From: Eledone cirrhosa
Taxonomy: Eukaryota
Length of the DNA: 64,000 nucleotides
Direction: 5' to 3'
Assembly (NCBI GenBank): GCA_964016885.1
Contig: OZ024756.1
Span: forward strand, 40,920,001-40,984,000
This document shows, piece after piece, positions 1 through 13,672 of the stretch (position 1 is its first letter; each line of letters begins with the position of its first letter). Under the pieces are notes generated by a model. That model did no database searches. It was not told where the DNA came from and was given only the letters and a program-made list of their open reading frames with translations. The position numbers and the translations under genes are program-made.

Positions 1-578
1 TCAATTGAATAAATAGAGGGTCGTAACTAAATGCCACAAAGCATTTTATCTGACTCTCTAACAACTCTGCCAATTCAGCACCATTTTTTTTTTTTTTGAG
101 CAATGTAAAATAAAGTGAAATAAAGTTCAAGAACAAAACACACTAATCAATCAAAGAATGGAACCTTCAGCCTTGTAGTTGCAAATCCATCACTGTAACA
201 AGCTGTGATGACTACACAATAATAGTATCAGAATAATAATAACAGCAGCAGCAATAGTAACAAAACCACCTACTTTGAAAATAAATAGCAACTACAACAA
301 TTTAACCATTTTGCTATAAATATAAGGCCATAGAAACTGAGTGAGCAATGTTAATGACTGACATCCCTGCAGGGCAGATTCTGTAATTGCCTTTTATGTA
401 GAGAGTGTTCTTGTCAATAGAGAACAGAAGGTAGTTTTCCAATACTTTACTATGGTGACAGATAAATACAGTTCTAAACCAGTGAATACACAAGAGTGAA
501 AGGAAGAAGAGAGTTGGTCAGAGAAACAGTTAATAAGAAAATTGTTTGTTCATGAAATAAGCAATCATTATTAATGCT

Positions 579-765
579 GGGCGGTGGATTGGCAGTATCA
601 GTAGAGAGTCGGACGCCATGCTTTCCAGCATAGTTACGTCCCTTTACGGTCTGAGTTCAAATCCCACCGAGGTCAACTTTGCCTTTCATCCTTACGGGGT
701 TGATAAAATAAAGTACCAGTAATACACTGGGATAATTGCTGGCCTTGTGCCAAAAGTAGAAACAG
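579..765 (+). mobile_element. tRNA-derived SINE, family A (full-length copy)
   Basis: A-box-like TGGCAGTATCAGTAG and B-box GAGTTCAAATCC, then the core GAGGTCAACTTTGCCTTTCATCCTTACGGGGTTGATAAAATAAAGTACCAG. Flanked by a near-perfect TSD (TTATTAATGCT 568-578 / TTATTACTGCT 766-776). More than ten related copies occur in the window. Confidence 0.9.
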
Positions 766-779
766 TTATTACTGCTGTA

Positions 780-962
780 GTCTACTAATGCTTTGCTATA
801 TTTATTCCAACTTTTTACTTTCTGAGCTCAAATCCCATAGATGTCAACTTTGCCTTTCCTCATTCTGGGGTCAATAAAATAAAGTACCAGTCAAGCACTG
901 GTGGTCAATATAATTGACTTTCCCCTCCTCATAAATTGCAGGCCTTCTGCCTAAATTAGAAA
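780..962 (+). mobile_element. older SINE family A copy
   Basis: Diverged copy of the same core (CTGAGCTCAAATCCC...GTCAACTTTGCCTTT...AAAATAAAGTACCAG...GGCCTTCTGCCTAAATTAGAAA). Confidence 0.75.
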
Positions 963-1854
963 TCATTATTAAAGTTGTAGTCACTGATAGCTTTGCCCAC
1001 TGGCAGTCATATTCTATGGGTTGGACAGATCTGCAATATTACCTCTTCTATTCTATCCTGCTGTGGTGGTCTGTAGTTCCCACCACAACTCTCAATTTCT
1101 TTCCTTCTTGGGGGTTCATGAATCTCTAAGGAACAGGGATAATGATGATCATGTGATTGCGATATTGATGGCCAAATGTCTAACAAAATATATCATCCAT
1201 ATGTTTCAATAAATTTTTTAAATAATCAAAATTTGGAGGGATTTAGTAAAATAACTAATTTCTCCATTATCAACCCTGTGTTTACCCTCCACCTGGGCTC
1301 CTGGGCAAAATAATAAATAGTTGCATAAACAGTTCAAAAGTAATGATTGCAAATAAACTAATGGGCAGAATCAACACAAGGTGCAGTAAATGTGTTTACT
1401 CACCCTTCATCTAGATTTACATAATGCCCATCATCCCTATCAGTATCAGCTGTGCAGGGGTCATGCCAAATTTGGTTATTTGAATTGCTACTTCCTCAAC
1501 ACTTTTACCAGTTTCATTGACCAAATCACACTCTGTCTGCATAAAGCTAAACTTGTTGAAATTCTTGCACACTCTCATCCACAGAATAAATATCAATAAT
1601 TTCCTCAACTGTAAAGACTTTAGATCTTGCTCAGTTATCAAATCAAGTTTTGAGTTCATCACACGCTCGTTTCATTGCAAAAAAAAAAAGACTTTTTTTT
1701 TTTAAATTAAAAACAAAAGTAAACAACAGCTACAGGGGACACCATTAACAATAAGTCATAAACACATGTAACTACAAAGCTGCAGCATGATCGCTTGTAT
1801 TTTTTTAGTATTTTATCTTCCTTTTCTGTGTGTTGTTCATTACCTTTTTAACAG

Positions 1855-2160
1855 GAACTTGGTAGAGAGATTACATTTAGGCTATTACCGCTATAGTGGG
1901 AATATGGTGCAACAGACTGCACAGGTAGAGACATGTAATTCATATTATGGCTGATTGTTGAGTGAAAAAGTATCAAGAGTTCTAAAGGGAAGGAAAATGT
2001 GTAGGAAGTAGGCCAAGGATGAGATGGGGAGAAATGGTTAAATCTTATCTCAAAACACTGAACTTCACAAAGGAGATTACAAAAGAACGCAACAAGGTGT
2101 GAAATTTATTGGAGACGACTTGGCCAACCTATGGAAAAATGGACATAAAAATGATGATGA
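1855..2160 (+). mobile_element. 3' end relic of an RTE-clade LINE
   Basis: Degenerate reading includes EGKCVGSRPRMRWGEMVKSYLKTL, resembling the RTE C-terminal GRPR..W motif. Ends in the tail ATGGAAAAATGGACATAAAAATGATGATG shared with family B SINEs. Confidence 0.6.
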
Positions 2161-2259
2161 CAATAATTATATAAATATAGACACAAACAAACACATTTTT
2201 GTAGTTTTGATAGAACATATATGTACATATATAGCTATATAGCTCTCTCACTCTCTGTA

Positions 2260-2320
<61 letters not shown>

Positions 2321-2395
2321 TATATATATATATATATATATACATATACATACACATATATATATATATCTCATCATCATCATTATCATCATCAA
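2260..2395. repeat. (TA)n/(CAT)n microsatellite
   Basis: Direct reading. Confidence 0.95.
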
Positions 2396-3114
2396 ACCCA
2401 CAACTTTTGCCTAACACCATCTAACCATGTAAGTTTCCTGAGTGAAAACATCCTGTTTGCTATGAGAAGCTGAAAGAGAGACTGTTAGCAATCCAATTAG
2501 AGTGATCAGAGCTAAATTTATCAGAGTTGTTATTTCTGTTTTAATATCTTCCAAATTTACTGCAGTATCAACTGATTAAAGTAATATTGGTTAGAAAAAC
2601 AAAACCTATTCAATCTCAACTCAATATTCTCAAACATAATTTAAAAGATTTCCTCTCAACTTCTTTTAATGTCTATGTTTATTTATTTCCTTTATTCTGC
2701 CTTTTCTTTTTCAGCCATTTTGATTTCTTTATATTCCTCTCTTTAACAATTCAGTTTTGTTAAATTATCAGGAAGAATTGTGCAATTAAGAAATTCACTT
2801 TTGCAACATAGTTTTGGTACAATATGACAACATGACACATTGGACATGTGTCACCTACTGACAGCCTCTGGCTGACCAAAGCTTGTGAGGGAAACTTGGT
2901 AGATAGTGACTATGTGGAAGCCCATTAAAAGGACAGTCACTGTTTCAGCGTGGTAGATTTAAATGGTCAGTGAGGGTAACCCTGTCATATCTGGCCTATA
3001 CCTTTAGTGGAGGCCATACTATTGTAATCATTCTAAATAAGTTTTTCTTCATTTCCACCAAGCTCACAGATTCTTCCTTCTCTGAGCAAGCCATGAAAAA
3101 ATATTTTAAAACGA

Positions 3115-3400
3115 AATCATCATTGTCATCACATTTAACGTCTATTTTCCATGTTTACATGAGTTAGATGGGTTGTTACTTATTGAAGCTAGACAGGTCA
3201 GGTGACCACATCCTGTTCATATGTTCCATTTTTAGATCGGTTTCTATGGCTTTCTAATGCCAACCACTTTACAACGAGAACTGGAAGTATTTTTCACGGT
3301 GCCAGTACAACCATCTTATAGGATGAACTGGGTACGTTTTGCCATGGTGCCAGCACTGCCACCTTACAGGATGGACTGTGTGCTTTTTTTATACTCTTCT
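3115..3400 (-). mobile_element. SINE family B-related fragment with RTE-type tail
   Basis: CATCATTG...TTTAACGTCTATTTTCCATG tail on the minus strand. Similar to 59255-59560. Confidence 0.6.
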
Positions 3401-3676
3401 ACCAGAAGACTTAGACAGTGTTACACCTTGATGTGTATATATGGCTGCCAACTTCATGAATTTGTTTTACTGCATCAAATACAATCTATGTATATTACTA
3501 TTTACAAGCTCTGCTGGTTGAGTACAGGCCCATTGCCAAACTTCAGTGATGGGGTGAGGGGAGGGGCCAAAACACATTCTGGGTGGGTAATCGAATTTGT
3601 AAAAGAATAAGCCAGAATTTCAAATAACATTATCACTGTAATTTGTTTTAAATCTGTGGGTTCACCATTAAAAATT

Positions 3677-6600
3677 AGGGAGGGAGGGCCACAACAGCCC
3701 TCATCGTGGGTAGGGGAGGGAGGGCCACAACAGCCCTCATCGTGGGTAGGGGAGGGAGGGCCACAACAGCCCTCATCATGGGTAGGGGAGGGAGGGCCAC
3801 AACAGCCCTCATCATGTGTAGGGGAGGGAGGACCACAACAACCCTCATCATGTGTAGGGGAGGGAGGACCACAACAGCCCTCATCATGTGTAGGGGAGGG
3901 AGGACCACAACAGCCCTCATCATGTGTAGGGGAGGGAGGGCCACAACAGCCCTCATCATGTGTAGGGGAGGGAGGGCCACAACAGCCCTCATCATGTGTA
4001 GGGGAGGGCCACAACAGCCCTCATCATGGGTAGGGGAGGGAGGGCCACAACAGCCCTCATCACGGGGAGGGGAGGGAGGGCCACAACAACCCTCATCATG
4101 TGTAGGGGAGGGAGGGCCACAACAGCCCTCATCCTGTGTAGGGGAGGGAGGGCCACAACAACCCTCATCATGTGTAGGGGAGGGCCACAACAGCCCTCAT
4201 CATGGGTAGGGGAGGGAGGGCCACAACAACCCTCATCATGTGTAGGGGAGGGCCACAACAGCCCTCATCATGGGTAGGGGAGGGAGGGCCACAACAGCCC
4301 TCATCATGTGTAGGGGAGGGAGGACCACAACAGCCCTCATCCTGTGTAGGGGAGGGAGGGCCACAACAGCCCTCATCATGTGTAGGGGAGGGAGGACCAC
4401 AACAGCCCTCATCATGTGTAGGGGAGGGAGGACCACAACAGCCCTCATCCTGTGTAGGGGAGGGAGGACCACAACAGCCCTCATCATGTGTAGGGGAGGG
4501 AGGACCACAACAGCCCTCATCATGTGTAGGGGAGGGAGGGCCACAACAGCCCTCATCATGTGTAGGGGAGGGAGGGCCACAACAGCCCTCATCATGTGTA
4601 GGGGAGGGCCACAACAGCCCTCATCATGGGTAGGGGAGGGAGGGCCACAACAGCCCTCATCACGGGGAGGGGAGGGAGGGCCACAACAACCCTCATCATG
4701 TGTAGGGGAGGGAGGGCCACAACAGCCCTCATCCTGTGTAGGGGAGGGAGGGCCACAACAACCCTCATCATGTGTAGGGGAGGGCCACAACAGCCCTCAT
4801 CATGGGTAGGGGAGGGAGGGCCACAACAACCCTCATCATGTGTAGGGGAGGGCCACAACAGCCCTCATCATGGGTAGGGGAGGGAGGGCCACAACAGCCC
4901 TCATCATGTGTAGGGGAGGGAGGACCACAACAGCCCTCATCCTGTGTAGGGGAGGGAGGGCCACAACAGCCCTCATCATGTGTAGGGGAGGGAGGACCAC
5001 AACAGCCCTCATCATGTGTAGGGGAGGGAGGACCACAACAGCCCTCATCCTGTGTAGGGGAGGGAGGACCACGACAGCCCTCATCCTGTGTAGGGGAGGG
5101 AGGACCACAACAGCCCTCATCATGTGTAGGGGAGGGAGGACCACAACAGCCCTCATCATGTGTAGGGGAGGGAGGGCCACAACAACCCTCATCATGTGTA
5201 GGGGAGGGAGGACCACAACAGCCCTCATCATGTGTAGAGGAGGGAGGACCACAACAGCCCTCATCATGTGTAGAGGAGGGAGGACCACAACAACCCTCAT
5301 CATGTGTAGGGGAGGGAGGACCACAACAGCCCTCATCATGTGTAGGGGAGGGAGGACCACAACAGCCCTCATCCTGTGTAGGGGAGGGAGGACCACAACA
5401 GCCCTCATCATGTGTAGGGGAGGGAGGACCACAACAGCCCTCATCATGTGTAGGGGAGGGAGGGCCACAACAACCCGCATCATGTGTAGGGGAGGGAGGA
5501 CCACAACAGCCCTCATCATGTGTAGAGGAGGGAGGACCACAACAGCCCTCATCATGTGTAGAGGAGGGAGGACCACAACAACCCTCATCATGTGTAGGGG
5601 AGGGAGGACCACAACAGCCCTCATCATGTGTAGGGGAGGGAGGACCACAACAGCCCTCATCCTGTGTAGGGGAGGGAGGACCACAACAACCCTCATCATG
5701 TGTAGGGGAGGGAGGACCACAACAGCCCTCATCCTGTGTAGGGGAGGGAGGACCACAACAGCCCTCATCCTGTGTAGGGGAGGGAGGACCACAACAGCCC
5801 TCATCATGGGTAGGGGAGGGAGGACCACAACAACCCTCATCATGTGTAGGGGAGGGAGGACCACAACAGCCCTCATCCTGTGTAGGGGAGGGAGGGCCAC
5901 AACAACCCTCATCATGTGTAGGGGAGGGAGGACCACAACAGCCCTCATCCTGTGTAGGGGAGGGAGGGCCACAACAGCCCTCATCATGTGTAGGGGAGGG
6001 AGGGCCACAACAGCCCTCATCCTGTGTAGGGGAGGGAGGACCACAACAACCCTCATCATGTGTAGGGGAGGGAGGACCACAACAGCCCTCATCCTGTGTA
6101 GGGGAGGGAGGACCACAACAGCCCTCATCATGTGTAGGGGAGGGAGGACCACAACAGCCCTCATCATGTGTAGGGGAGGGAGGACCACAACAGCCCTCAT
6201 CCTGTGTAGGGGAGGGAGGGCCACAACAGCCCTCATCATGTGTAGGGGAGGGAGGACCACAACAGCCCTCATCATGTGTAGGGGAGGGAGGACCACAACA
6301 GCCCTCATCCTGTGTAGGGGAGGGAGGGCCACAACAGCCCTCATCATGTGTAGAGGAGGGAGGACCACAACAGCCCTCATCCTGTGTAGGGGAGGGAGGG
6401 CCACAACAACCCTCATCATGTGTAGGGGAGGGAGGGCCACAACAGCCCTCATCATGTGTAGGGGAGGGAGGACCACAACAGCCCTCATCCTGTGTAGGGG
6501 AGGGAGGACCACAACAGCCCTCATCCTGTGTAGGGGAGGGAGGACCACAACAGCCCTCATCATGTGGAGGGGAGGGAGGACCACAACAGCCCTCATCATG

Positions 6601-9081
6601 TGTAGGGGAGGGAGGACCACAACAGCCCTCATCCTGTGTAGGGGAGGGAGGACCACAACAGCCCTCATCATGTGTAGGGGAGGGAGGGCCACAACAACCC
6701 TCATCATGTGTAGGGGAGGGAGGACCACAACAGCCCTCATCATGTGTAGGGGAGGGAGGACCACAACTGCCCTCATCATGTGTAGGGGAGGGAGGACCAC
6801 AACAGCCCTCATCATGTGTAGGGGAGGGAGGACCACAACAGCCCTCATCATGTGTAGGGGAGGGAGGACCACAACAGCCCTCATCCTGTGTAGGGGAGGG
6901 AGGACCACAACAGCCCTCATCCTGTGTAGGGGAGGGAGGACCACAACAGCCCTCATCTTGTGTAGGGGAGGGAGGGCCACAACAGCCCTCATCATGGGTA
7001 GGGGAGGGAGGGCCACAACAACCCTCATCATGTGTAGGGGAGGGAGGACCACAACAGCCCTCATCATGTGTAGGGGAGGGAGGACCACAACAGCCCTCAT
7101 CATGTGTAGGGGAGGGAGGACCACAACAGCCCTCATCATGTGTAGGGGAGGGAGGACCACAACAGCCCTCATCATGTGTAGGGGAGGGAGGACCACAACA
7201 GCCCTCATCCTGTGTAGGGGAGGGAGGACCACAACAGCCCTCATCATGTGTAGGGGAGGGAGGACCACAACAGCCCTCATCATGTGTAGGGGAGGGAGGG
7301 CCACAACAGCCCTCATCATGGGTAGGGGAGGGAGGACCACAACAGCCCTCATCATGTGTAGGGGAGGGAGGACCACAACAACCCTCATCATGTGTAGGGC
7401 AGGGAGGACCACAACAGCCCTCATCATGTGTAGGGGAGGGAGGGCCACAACAACCCTCATCCTGTGTAGGGGAGGGAGGACCACAACAGCCCTCATCATG
7501 TGTAGGGGAGGGAGGACCACAACAACCCTCATCATGTGTAGGGGAGGGAGGACCACAACAACCCTCATCATGTGTAGGGGAGGGAGGGCCACGACAGCCC
7601 TCATCATGTGTAGGGGAGGGAGGACCACAACAGCCCTCATCCTGTGTAGGGGAGGGAGGACCACAACAACCCTCATCATGTGTAGGGGAGGGAGGGCCAC
7701 AACAGCCCTCATCATGTGTAGGGGAGGGAGGACCACAACAGCCCTCATCATGTGTAGGGGAGGGAGGACCACAACAGCCCTCATCATGTGTAGGGGAGGG
7801 AGGACGACAACAGCCCTCATCATGTGTAGGGGAGGGAGGACCACAACAGCCCTCATCATGTGTAGGGGAGGGAGGGCCACAACAGCCCTCATCATGTGTA
7901 GGGGAGGGAGGACCACAACAACCCTCATCATGTGTAGGGGAGGGAGGACCACAACAGCCCTCATCCTGTGTAGGGGAGGGAGGACCACAACAACCCTCAT
8001 CATGTGTAGGGGAGGGAGGACCACAACAGCCCTCATCATGTGTAGGGGAGGGAGGACCACAACAGCCCTCATCCTGTGTAGGGGAGGGAGGACCACAACA
8101 ACCCTCATCATGTGTAGGGGAGGGAGGACCACAACAGCCCTCATCCTGTGTAGGGGAGGGAGGACCACAACAACCCTCATCATGTGTAGGGGAGGGAGGA
8201 CCACAACAGCCCTCATCATGTGTAGGGGAGGGAGGACCACAACAGCCCTCATCATGTGTAGGGGAGGGAGGACCACAACAACCCTCATCATGTGTAGGGG
8301 AGGGAGGACCACAACAGCCCTCATCCTGTGTAGGGGAGGGAGGACCACAACAACCCTCATCATGTGTAGGGGAGGGAGGACCACAACAGCCCTCATCCTG
8401 TGTAGGGGAGGGAGGACCACAACAACCCTCATCATGTGTAGGGGAGGGAGGACCACAACAGCCCTCATCCTGTGTAGGGGAGGGAGGACCACAACAACCC
8501 TCATCATGTGTAGGGGAGGGAGGACCACAACAACCCTCATCATGTGTAGGGGAGGGAGGACCACAACAACCCTCATCATGTGTAGGGGAGGGAGGACCAC
8601 AACAGCCCTCATCCTGTGTAGGGGAGGGAGGGCCACAACAGCCCTCATCATGTGTAGGGGAGGGAGGACCACAACAGCCCTCATCATGTGTAGGGGAGGG
8701 AGGGCCACAACAGCCCTCATCATGTGTAGGGGAGGGAGGACCACAACAGCCCTCATCCTGTGTAGGGGAGGGAGGACCACAACAACCCTCATCATGTGTA
8801 GGGGAGGGAGGACCACAACAGCCCTCATCCTGTGTAGGGGAGGGAGGGCCACAACAGCCCTCATCATGTGTAGGGGAGGGAGGACCACAACAGCCCTCAT
8901 CATGTGTAGGGGAGGGAGGGCCACAACAGCCCTCATCATGTGTAGGGGAGGGAGGACCACAACAGCCCTCATCATGTGTAGGGGAGGGAGGACCACAACA
9001 GCCCTCATCCTGTGTAGGGGAGGGAGGACCACAACAGCCCTCATCATGTGTAGGGGAGGGAGGACCACAACAGCCCTCATC
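3677..9081. repeat. G-rich 36-bp minisatellite, ~150 copies
   Basis: Unit GTAGGGGAGGGAGG(G/A)CCACAACA(G/A)CCCTCATC(A/C)TGT. 32-bp deletion variants occur only left of ~4860. There is an exact 600-bp higher-order duplication. Confidence 0.98.
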
Positions 9082-9159
9082 TTCTCCACTTGGATTCAAT
9101 GAAAACCACAAATTATATTGCAGCTCAGAACAATTCAACTCCATTTCCTACATACAGAC

Positions 9160-11665
9160 AAATATATACATACATGTATACACATATACATACATGTATA
9201 CACATATACATACATGTATACACATATACATACATGTATACACATATACATACATGTATACACATATACATACAACATGTATACACATATACATACATGT
9301 ATACACATATACATACATGTATACACATATACATACATGTATACACATATACATACATGTATACACATATACATACAACATGTATACACATATACATACA
9401 TGTATACACATATACATACATGTATACACATATACATACATGTATACACATATACATACATGTATACACATATACATACAACATGTATACACATATACAT
9501 ACATGTATACACATATACATACATGTATACACATATACATACATGTATACACATATACATACATGTATACACATATACATACAACATGTATACACATATA
9601 CATACATGTATACACATATACATACATGTATACACATATACATACATGTATACACATATACATACAACATGTATACACATATACATACATGTATACACAT
9701 ATACATACATGTATACACATATACATACATGTATACACATATACATACAACATATATACACATATACATACAACCTGTATACACATATACATACAACATG
9801 TATACACATATACATACAACCTGTATACACATATACATACAACATGTATACACATATACATTCAACATATATACACATATACATACAACATGTATACACA
9901 TATACATTCAACATATATACACATATACATACATGTATACACATATACATACAACCTGTATACACATATACATACAACATATATACACATATACATACAT
10001 GTATACACATATACATTCAACATATATACACATATACATACATGTATACACATATACATACAACCTGTATACACATATACATACAACCTGTATACACATA
10101 TACATACATATATACACATATACATACATGTATACACATATACATACAACATGTATACACATATACATACATGTATACACATATACATACAACATGTATA
10201 CACATATACATACAACATGTATACACATATACATACAACCTGTATACACACATACATACAACATATATACACATATACATACAACATGTATACACATATA
10301 CATACAACATATATACACATATACATACAACATGTATACACATATACATACAACGTGTATACACATATACATACAACATGTATACACATATACATACAAC
10401 CTGTATACACACATACATTCAACATGTATACACATATACATACAACATGTATACACATATACATACAACATGTATACACATATACATACAACATGTATAC
10501 ACATATACATACAACATGTATACACATATACATACAACATGTATACACATATACATACAACATGTATACACATATACATACAACATATATACACATATAC
10601 ATACAACATATATACACATATACATACAACATGTATACACATATACATACATGTATACACATATACATACAACATGTATACACATATACATACAACATGT
10701 ATACACATATACATACAACATGTATACACATATACATACAACATGTATACACATATACATACATGTATACACATATACATACAACATGTATACACATATA
10801 CATACATGTATACACATATACATACAACATGTATACACATATACATACAACCTGTATACACATATACATACAACTTGTATACACATATACATACATGTAT
10901 ACACATATACATACAACATGTATACACATATACATACAACATGTATACACATATACATACAACATGTATACACATATACATACAACCTGTATACACATAT
11001 ACATACAACATATATACACATATACATACATGTATACACATATACATACAACATGTATACACATATACATACAACTTGTATACACATATACATACAACAT
11101 GTATACACATATACATACAACATGTATACACATATACATACAACATGTATACACATATACATACAACATGTATACACATATACATACAACATATATACAC
11201 ATATACATACAACATATATACACATATACATACAACCTGTATACACATATACATACAACCTGTATACACATATACATACAACATGTATACACATATACAT
11301 ACAACATGTATACACATATACATACAACATGTATACACATATACATACAACATATATACACATATACATACAACATATATACACATATACATACAACATA
11401 TATACACATATACATACAACCTGTATACACATATACATACAACCTGTATACACATATACATACATGTATACACATATACATACAACATGTATACACATAT
11501 ACATACATGTATACACATATACATACAACATATATACACATATACATACAACATATATACACATATACATACAACATATATACACATATACATACATGTA
11601 TACACATATACATACAACATATATACACATATACATACAACATATATACACATATACATACAACA
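9160..11665. repeat. 20/23-bp AC-rich minisatellite
   Basis: Unit CATGTATACACATATACATA, with or without CAA; ~2.5 kb. Confidence 0.98.
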
Positions 11666-12184
11666 GCACACAATCAAACTGTTGCTCATCCCTTTCTTCC
11701 CTTCACATTCATACTTATAGATTAATTCACCAAACACACACAAACACATACACACAACAGGCTAGAACATACATACATGTACCCACACATTATATACTCA
11801 TAATATATGACTACATTCTAAGCACCTTCAGAAGTACAAGTGGCTGATGTAGTGGGTGTCTCTGGTTGTTTTTCATGGCAATACCTTTACCATTTGGTCC
11901 ACAGGGATGAGGTGAGATATATCACCCAGACTAGGGTGTAGTGTTTCATGCTTCTTCTCTCCCCCTTTGTCTTTCATTAGGTGAACACACATAACAATGG
12001 ACAGATGTCTGTTATAAATTTTCTTGTGCAACCTCTGCTTAAGTGTAAAATACTATTTGATGAAGCCATCTCCCTCTCTCTATATATGTGTGTGTGTGTG
12101 TGACAGCTCACACCTATGCAGGTTTAGCTGGCCTCCTCCAAGGTATATCTCGTTGGAGGTGTCTTGGGTGATTTAATGACGGGA

Positions 12185-12340
12185 CCCCAGTCCCTATCAT
12201 CTCATTTCTACAGCTGAGTAAACTGGAGCAACGTGAAATAAAGTGTCTTGCTCAAGGAAACAACACATCACCGGTCCAAGAATTGAACTCACAACCTTTT
12301 GATTGCAAGCCCAATGCTCTAACCACTAAGCCATGTGCCT
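12185..12340 (-). mobile_element. SINE family B 5' part (tRNA head + CORE-like segment)
   Basis: The minus strand reads GGCACATGGCTTAGTGGTTAGAGCATTGG...GAGTTCAATTC...GTTGTTTCCTTGAGCAAGACACTTTATTTCAC. Matches 26852-27010. Confidence 0.85.
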
Positions 12341-12353
12341 TTACATGTATTAG

Positions 12354-12377
12354 TGTGTGTGTGTGTGTGTGTGCGTG

Positions 12378-12445
<68 letters not shown>

Positions 12446-12450
12446 TGTGT
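12354..12450. repeat. (GT)n/(GCGT)n microsatellite
   Basis: Direct reading. Confidence 0.95.
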
Positions 12451-12748
12451 GAATTGTAATTACAAAAGAGTGAACCCTCAATATGAAAACATGGAGTATT
12501 TCATGGCTTAATATACATGGCAATGAAGCATGTTTTCATCAATACACATGGCTGATGGTGCACACAAGATTAATTGGATGCCATCATAGAACTGTGAGTA
12601 TCGAAGAAAGTATACACTTAGCTGCCATCTATTGTATATATGTATATATACATATATAGAGAGAGGTGTGTGTCGGGTTCAATTGGAGGTAACCACAGTA
12701 AGTAAAGTACTCAATACATAGCAGAGTATAAATATTTAATATAGAAAT

Positions 12749-12800
12749 GGCTTCTACAGGAATAGAACTGTTTCATTCAAAGGAAATCATCAGGAAAGCC
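12749..12800 (-). ncRNA. type I hammerhead ribozyme (intact catalytic core)
   Basis: Reads GGCUUUC-CUGAUGA-UUUCCUUUGAAU-GAA-ACAG-UUCUAUUC-CUGU-A-GAAGCC. Stem I is GGCUU(U)C/GAAGCC, stem II UUC/GAA and stem III ACAG/CUGU, with a GUA triplet. The stem II closing pair is a U-U mismatch. Confidence 0.75.
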
Positions 12801-12990
12801 GATTGCTAATGTGATATGGTGGTATTTATACATTTTCTGTTGGTAGGGGGGGGGGTGTATGTGATTGGGATATGTGTATGTATGTATATGTATATATATA
12901 TCCATCAGCCAATGACCTCCACACATCCCAATCACCACCCTCCCCTACCAACAGGAAATGTATAAATACCACCATATCACATTGACAGTC

Positions 12991-13042
12991 GACTTTCCTA
13001 ATGATTTCCTTTGAATGAAACAGTTCTAGTCCTGTAGAAGCC
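12991..13042 (+). ncRNA. hammerhead ribozyme copy, core mutated (probably inactive)
   Basis: Reads GACUUUC-CUAAUGA-...-GAAACAG...CUGUA-GAAGCC, with G5->A in the CUGANGA box. Confidence 0.65.
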
Positions 13043-13631
13043 ATTTCTATATTAAATATATAATGTGATAAATGTAGAACCTCTTTTTCTTCAAATAGAA
13101 TTTATCAAAGTTTGAGCAAACTATGCGTATATATGTGTATGTTGTGAGTGTACGTATAAGTGTGTATGTGTGTTTTGTATGTGAGTGTCTATATGTGCAT
13201 GTGTGTTTGCACACACGTAAATGTGTTTTTTAAGACAAAGACATAACCAAAAGGTGCAACCAGTCGTTGGGTTGCCACTCTTGATGCTTTATAGTCAACC
13301 ATATAGGGCTGAGTTTTAAAGGAAATCCTGACAGTTACTTTGAAGTTTTGCCTTTAATCCAAATATTTTCTGGTCTGCTCTGGTCTCTTCCCACCCTCAT
13401 TACTGAGGATTTATCTTGGACAATCTATATGTCCATGAATCTCATCAGGAAAAAAATGATGTCGGTAGATTCTGAATCCTCACCCAACCAGCATTTTCTG
13501 TGACTCTATATGAAAACTGTTTCATCGTTTCTTAATTCAAACATTGAGTTTTGATGTTATAAAGAAGTGTACTTAACAAGCCTAAACTTTGTAGCACTCT
13601 ATTCAAAAGCAATAATATGTCTTGAAATTTT

Positions 13632-13637
13632 TTTATT
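13632..13637 (-). terminator. candidate polyadenylation signal AATAAA of the IQ gene
   Basis: AATAAA ~36 nt after the TAG at 13673. The hexamer is common in AT-rich DNA, so it is weak evidence alone. Confidence 0.35.
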
Positions 13638-13672
13638 TCTTATGGGTGCTGCTGCTGCTTATTCTAGTACAT

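Larger units (their letters stand above)
12733..13059. mobile_element. inverted pair of Penelope-like pLTR fragments
   Basis: Arms ~12733-12876 and ~12920-13059 are reverse complements with few mismatches. Each contains a hammerhead fold. Inverted, hammerhead-bearing terminal repeats are characteristic of Penelope-like elements. Confidence 0.7.

Noticed and set aside
579-680. tRNA genes at SINE heads (also 26852-26915)
   Set aside because: A and B boxes are present but there is no complete cloverleaf, and they continue into multi-copy SINE bodies.
1404-1680. Minus-strand exon ending GAAGG|GTGAGT with an EF-hand-like DTDRDDGHYVNLDE
   Set aside because: An in-frame stop lies shortly upstream, loop spacing does not fit the EF-hand consensus, and there is no matching acceptor.
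4768-11847. Giant ORFs of 600-2307 aa (VGEGGPQQPSSC, HDEGCCGPPSPT, YTHIHT repeats) as structural or metal-binding proteins
   Set aside because: They are translations of 36-bp and 20/23-bp tandem repeats, open on both strands in several frames. There is no signal peptide, unique domain or splice context, and frameshifting 32-bp units occur within the array.
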